From assembly GCA_050186955.1 (NCBI GenBank), contig JBFWXZ010000001.1, positions 1 through 49,156 on the forward strand: a stretch of 49,156 bases of DNA, written 5' to 3'. Under the pieces are notes generated by a model. The model saw only the letters and a program-made list of their open reading frames with translations. It ran no database searches and had not been told where the DNA came from. A program made the translations under genes and the position numbers. The stretch comes from Flavobacteriaceae bacterium. GTDB taxonomy: Bacteria; Pseudomonadota; Alphaproteobacteria; Rhizobiales; Tepidamorphaceae. Below are positions 48,948 to 49,156 of the stretch, in pieces (the first letter of the stretch is position 1; every line of letters starts with the position of its first letter).

Positions 48948-49156
48948 CTATTCGCCCTTCCCTCCGCGTCCGGTGAATTCATCGAAGACGCGGCCGAGCG
49001 CCTCGGCCTGCGCATCCTGGACCCGCTTTCCGGTCCGGAACATTTCCTGCCACAGATCCTGCAGCTCCTTGCCGAAGGCCGGCGCGTCCGCCTTTTCGGG
49101 ATCGGCGCTCTTCTGCCCGGCAAAGGCGCCGAGCTGCTTCATGAAGTCCTCGTACA
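48948..49156 (-). CDS. 3' part of a leftward-reading hypothetical gene (open to the window edge)
   Basis: The frame stays open upstream of the track start (..YEDFMKQLGAFAGQ...). The product is charged and low in complexity. No family recognised. Confidence 0.35.
   Translation of the reverse strand, partial: YEDFMKQLGAFAGQKSADPEKADAPAFGKELQDLWQEMFRTGKRVQDAQAEALGRVFDEFTGRGGKGE

Overview
This window looks like a gene-dense, very GC-rich core chromosome segment of an alphaproteobacterium. The order is probably Hyphomicrobiales/Rhizobiales, inferred only from gene content and synteny. About 50 protein genes are tightly packed and many are joined by ATGA or GTGA stop/start overlaps.

Gene content, in order:
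- groES-groEL with a CIRCE operator.
- Two EamA/DMT exporters, and an MFS transporter coupled to a DUF427 protein.
- A MarR-GNAT fusion regulator and an orphan sigma-54 enhancer-binding response regulator.
- An SDR, a membrane EAL protein, a HAD hydrolase and an orphan cheY-cheZ pair.
- maoC, then ribF-EamA-ileS-lspA, a lipoprotein and an M16 peptidase pair.
- pgi-mutL-Nudix and a PiT phosphate transporter.
- An RNA-modification block (rluB-like, rsmD, GATase1, tadA).
- purD followed by a kinase, a patatin-like lipase and a class IV aminotransferase.
- xseA, then an envelope/LPS run: pmbA, IMPase-family, DUF4170, MsbA-like ABC, DUF374, waaA, lpxK.
- ubiA, rsmE, gshA and a DUF1127 small protein.

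I recognised no tRNA, rRNA, CRISPR array, transposase, integrase, phage gene or known defence gene set. Most long ORFs in the six-frame track are antisense or out-of-frame artefacts of high GC.

I do not see a convincing self-contained novel system here. The best leads are:
1. The translationally coupled kinase, patatin and (R)-amine-transaminase-like trio behind purD.
2. A family of 83-bp palindromic intergenic elements whose loop occurs in both orientations. Copies flank the RNA-modification block, and one side is a 620-bp gene-free repeat nest.
3. A low-GC island with two 7-3-7 palindromes upstream of the DUF1127 gene.
4. A signalling neighbourhood made of the orphan sigma-54 activator, a degenerate EAL protein and orphan CheY/CheZ.

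All family assignments come from motif recognition by eye and recall, not from searches.
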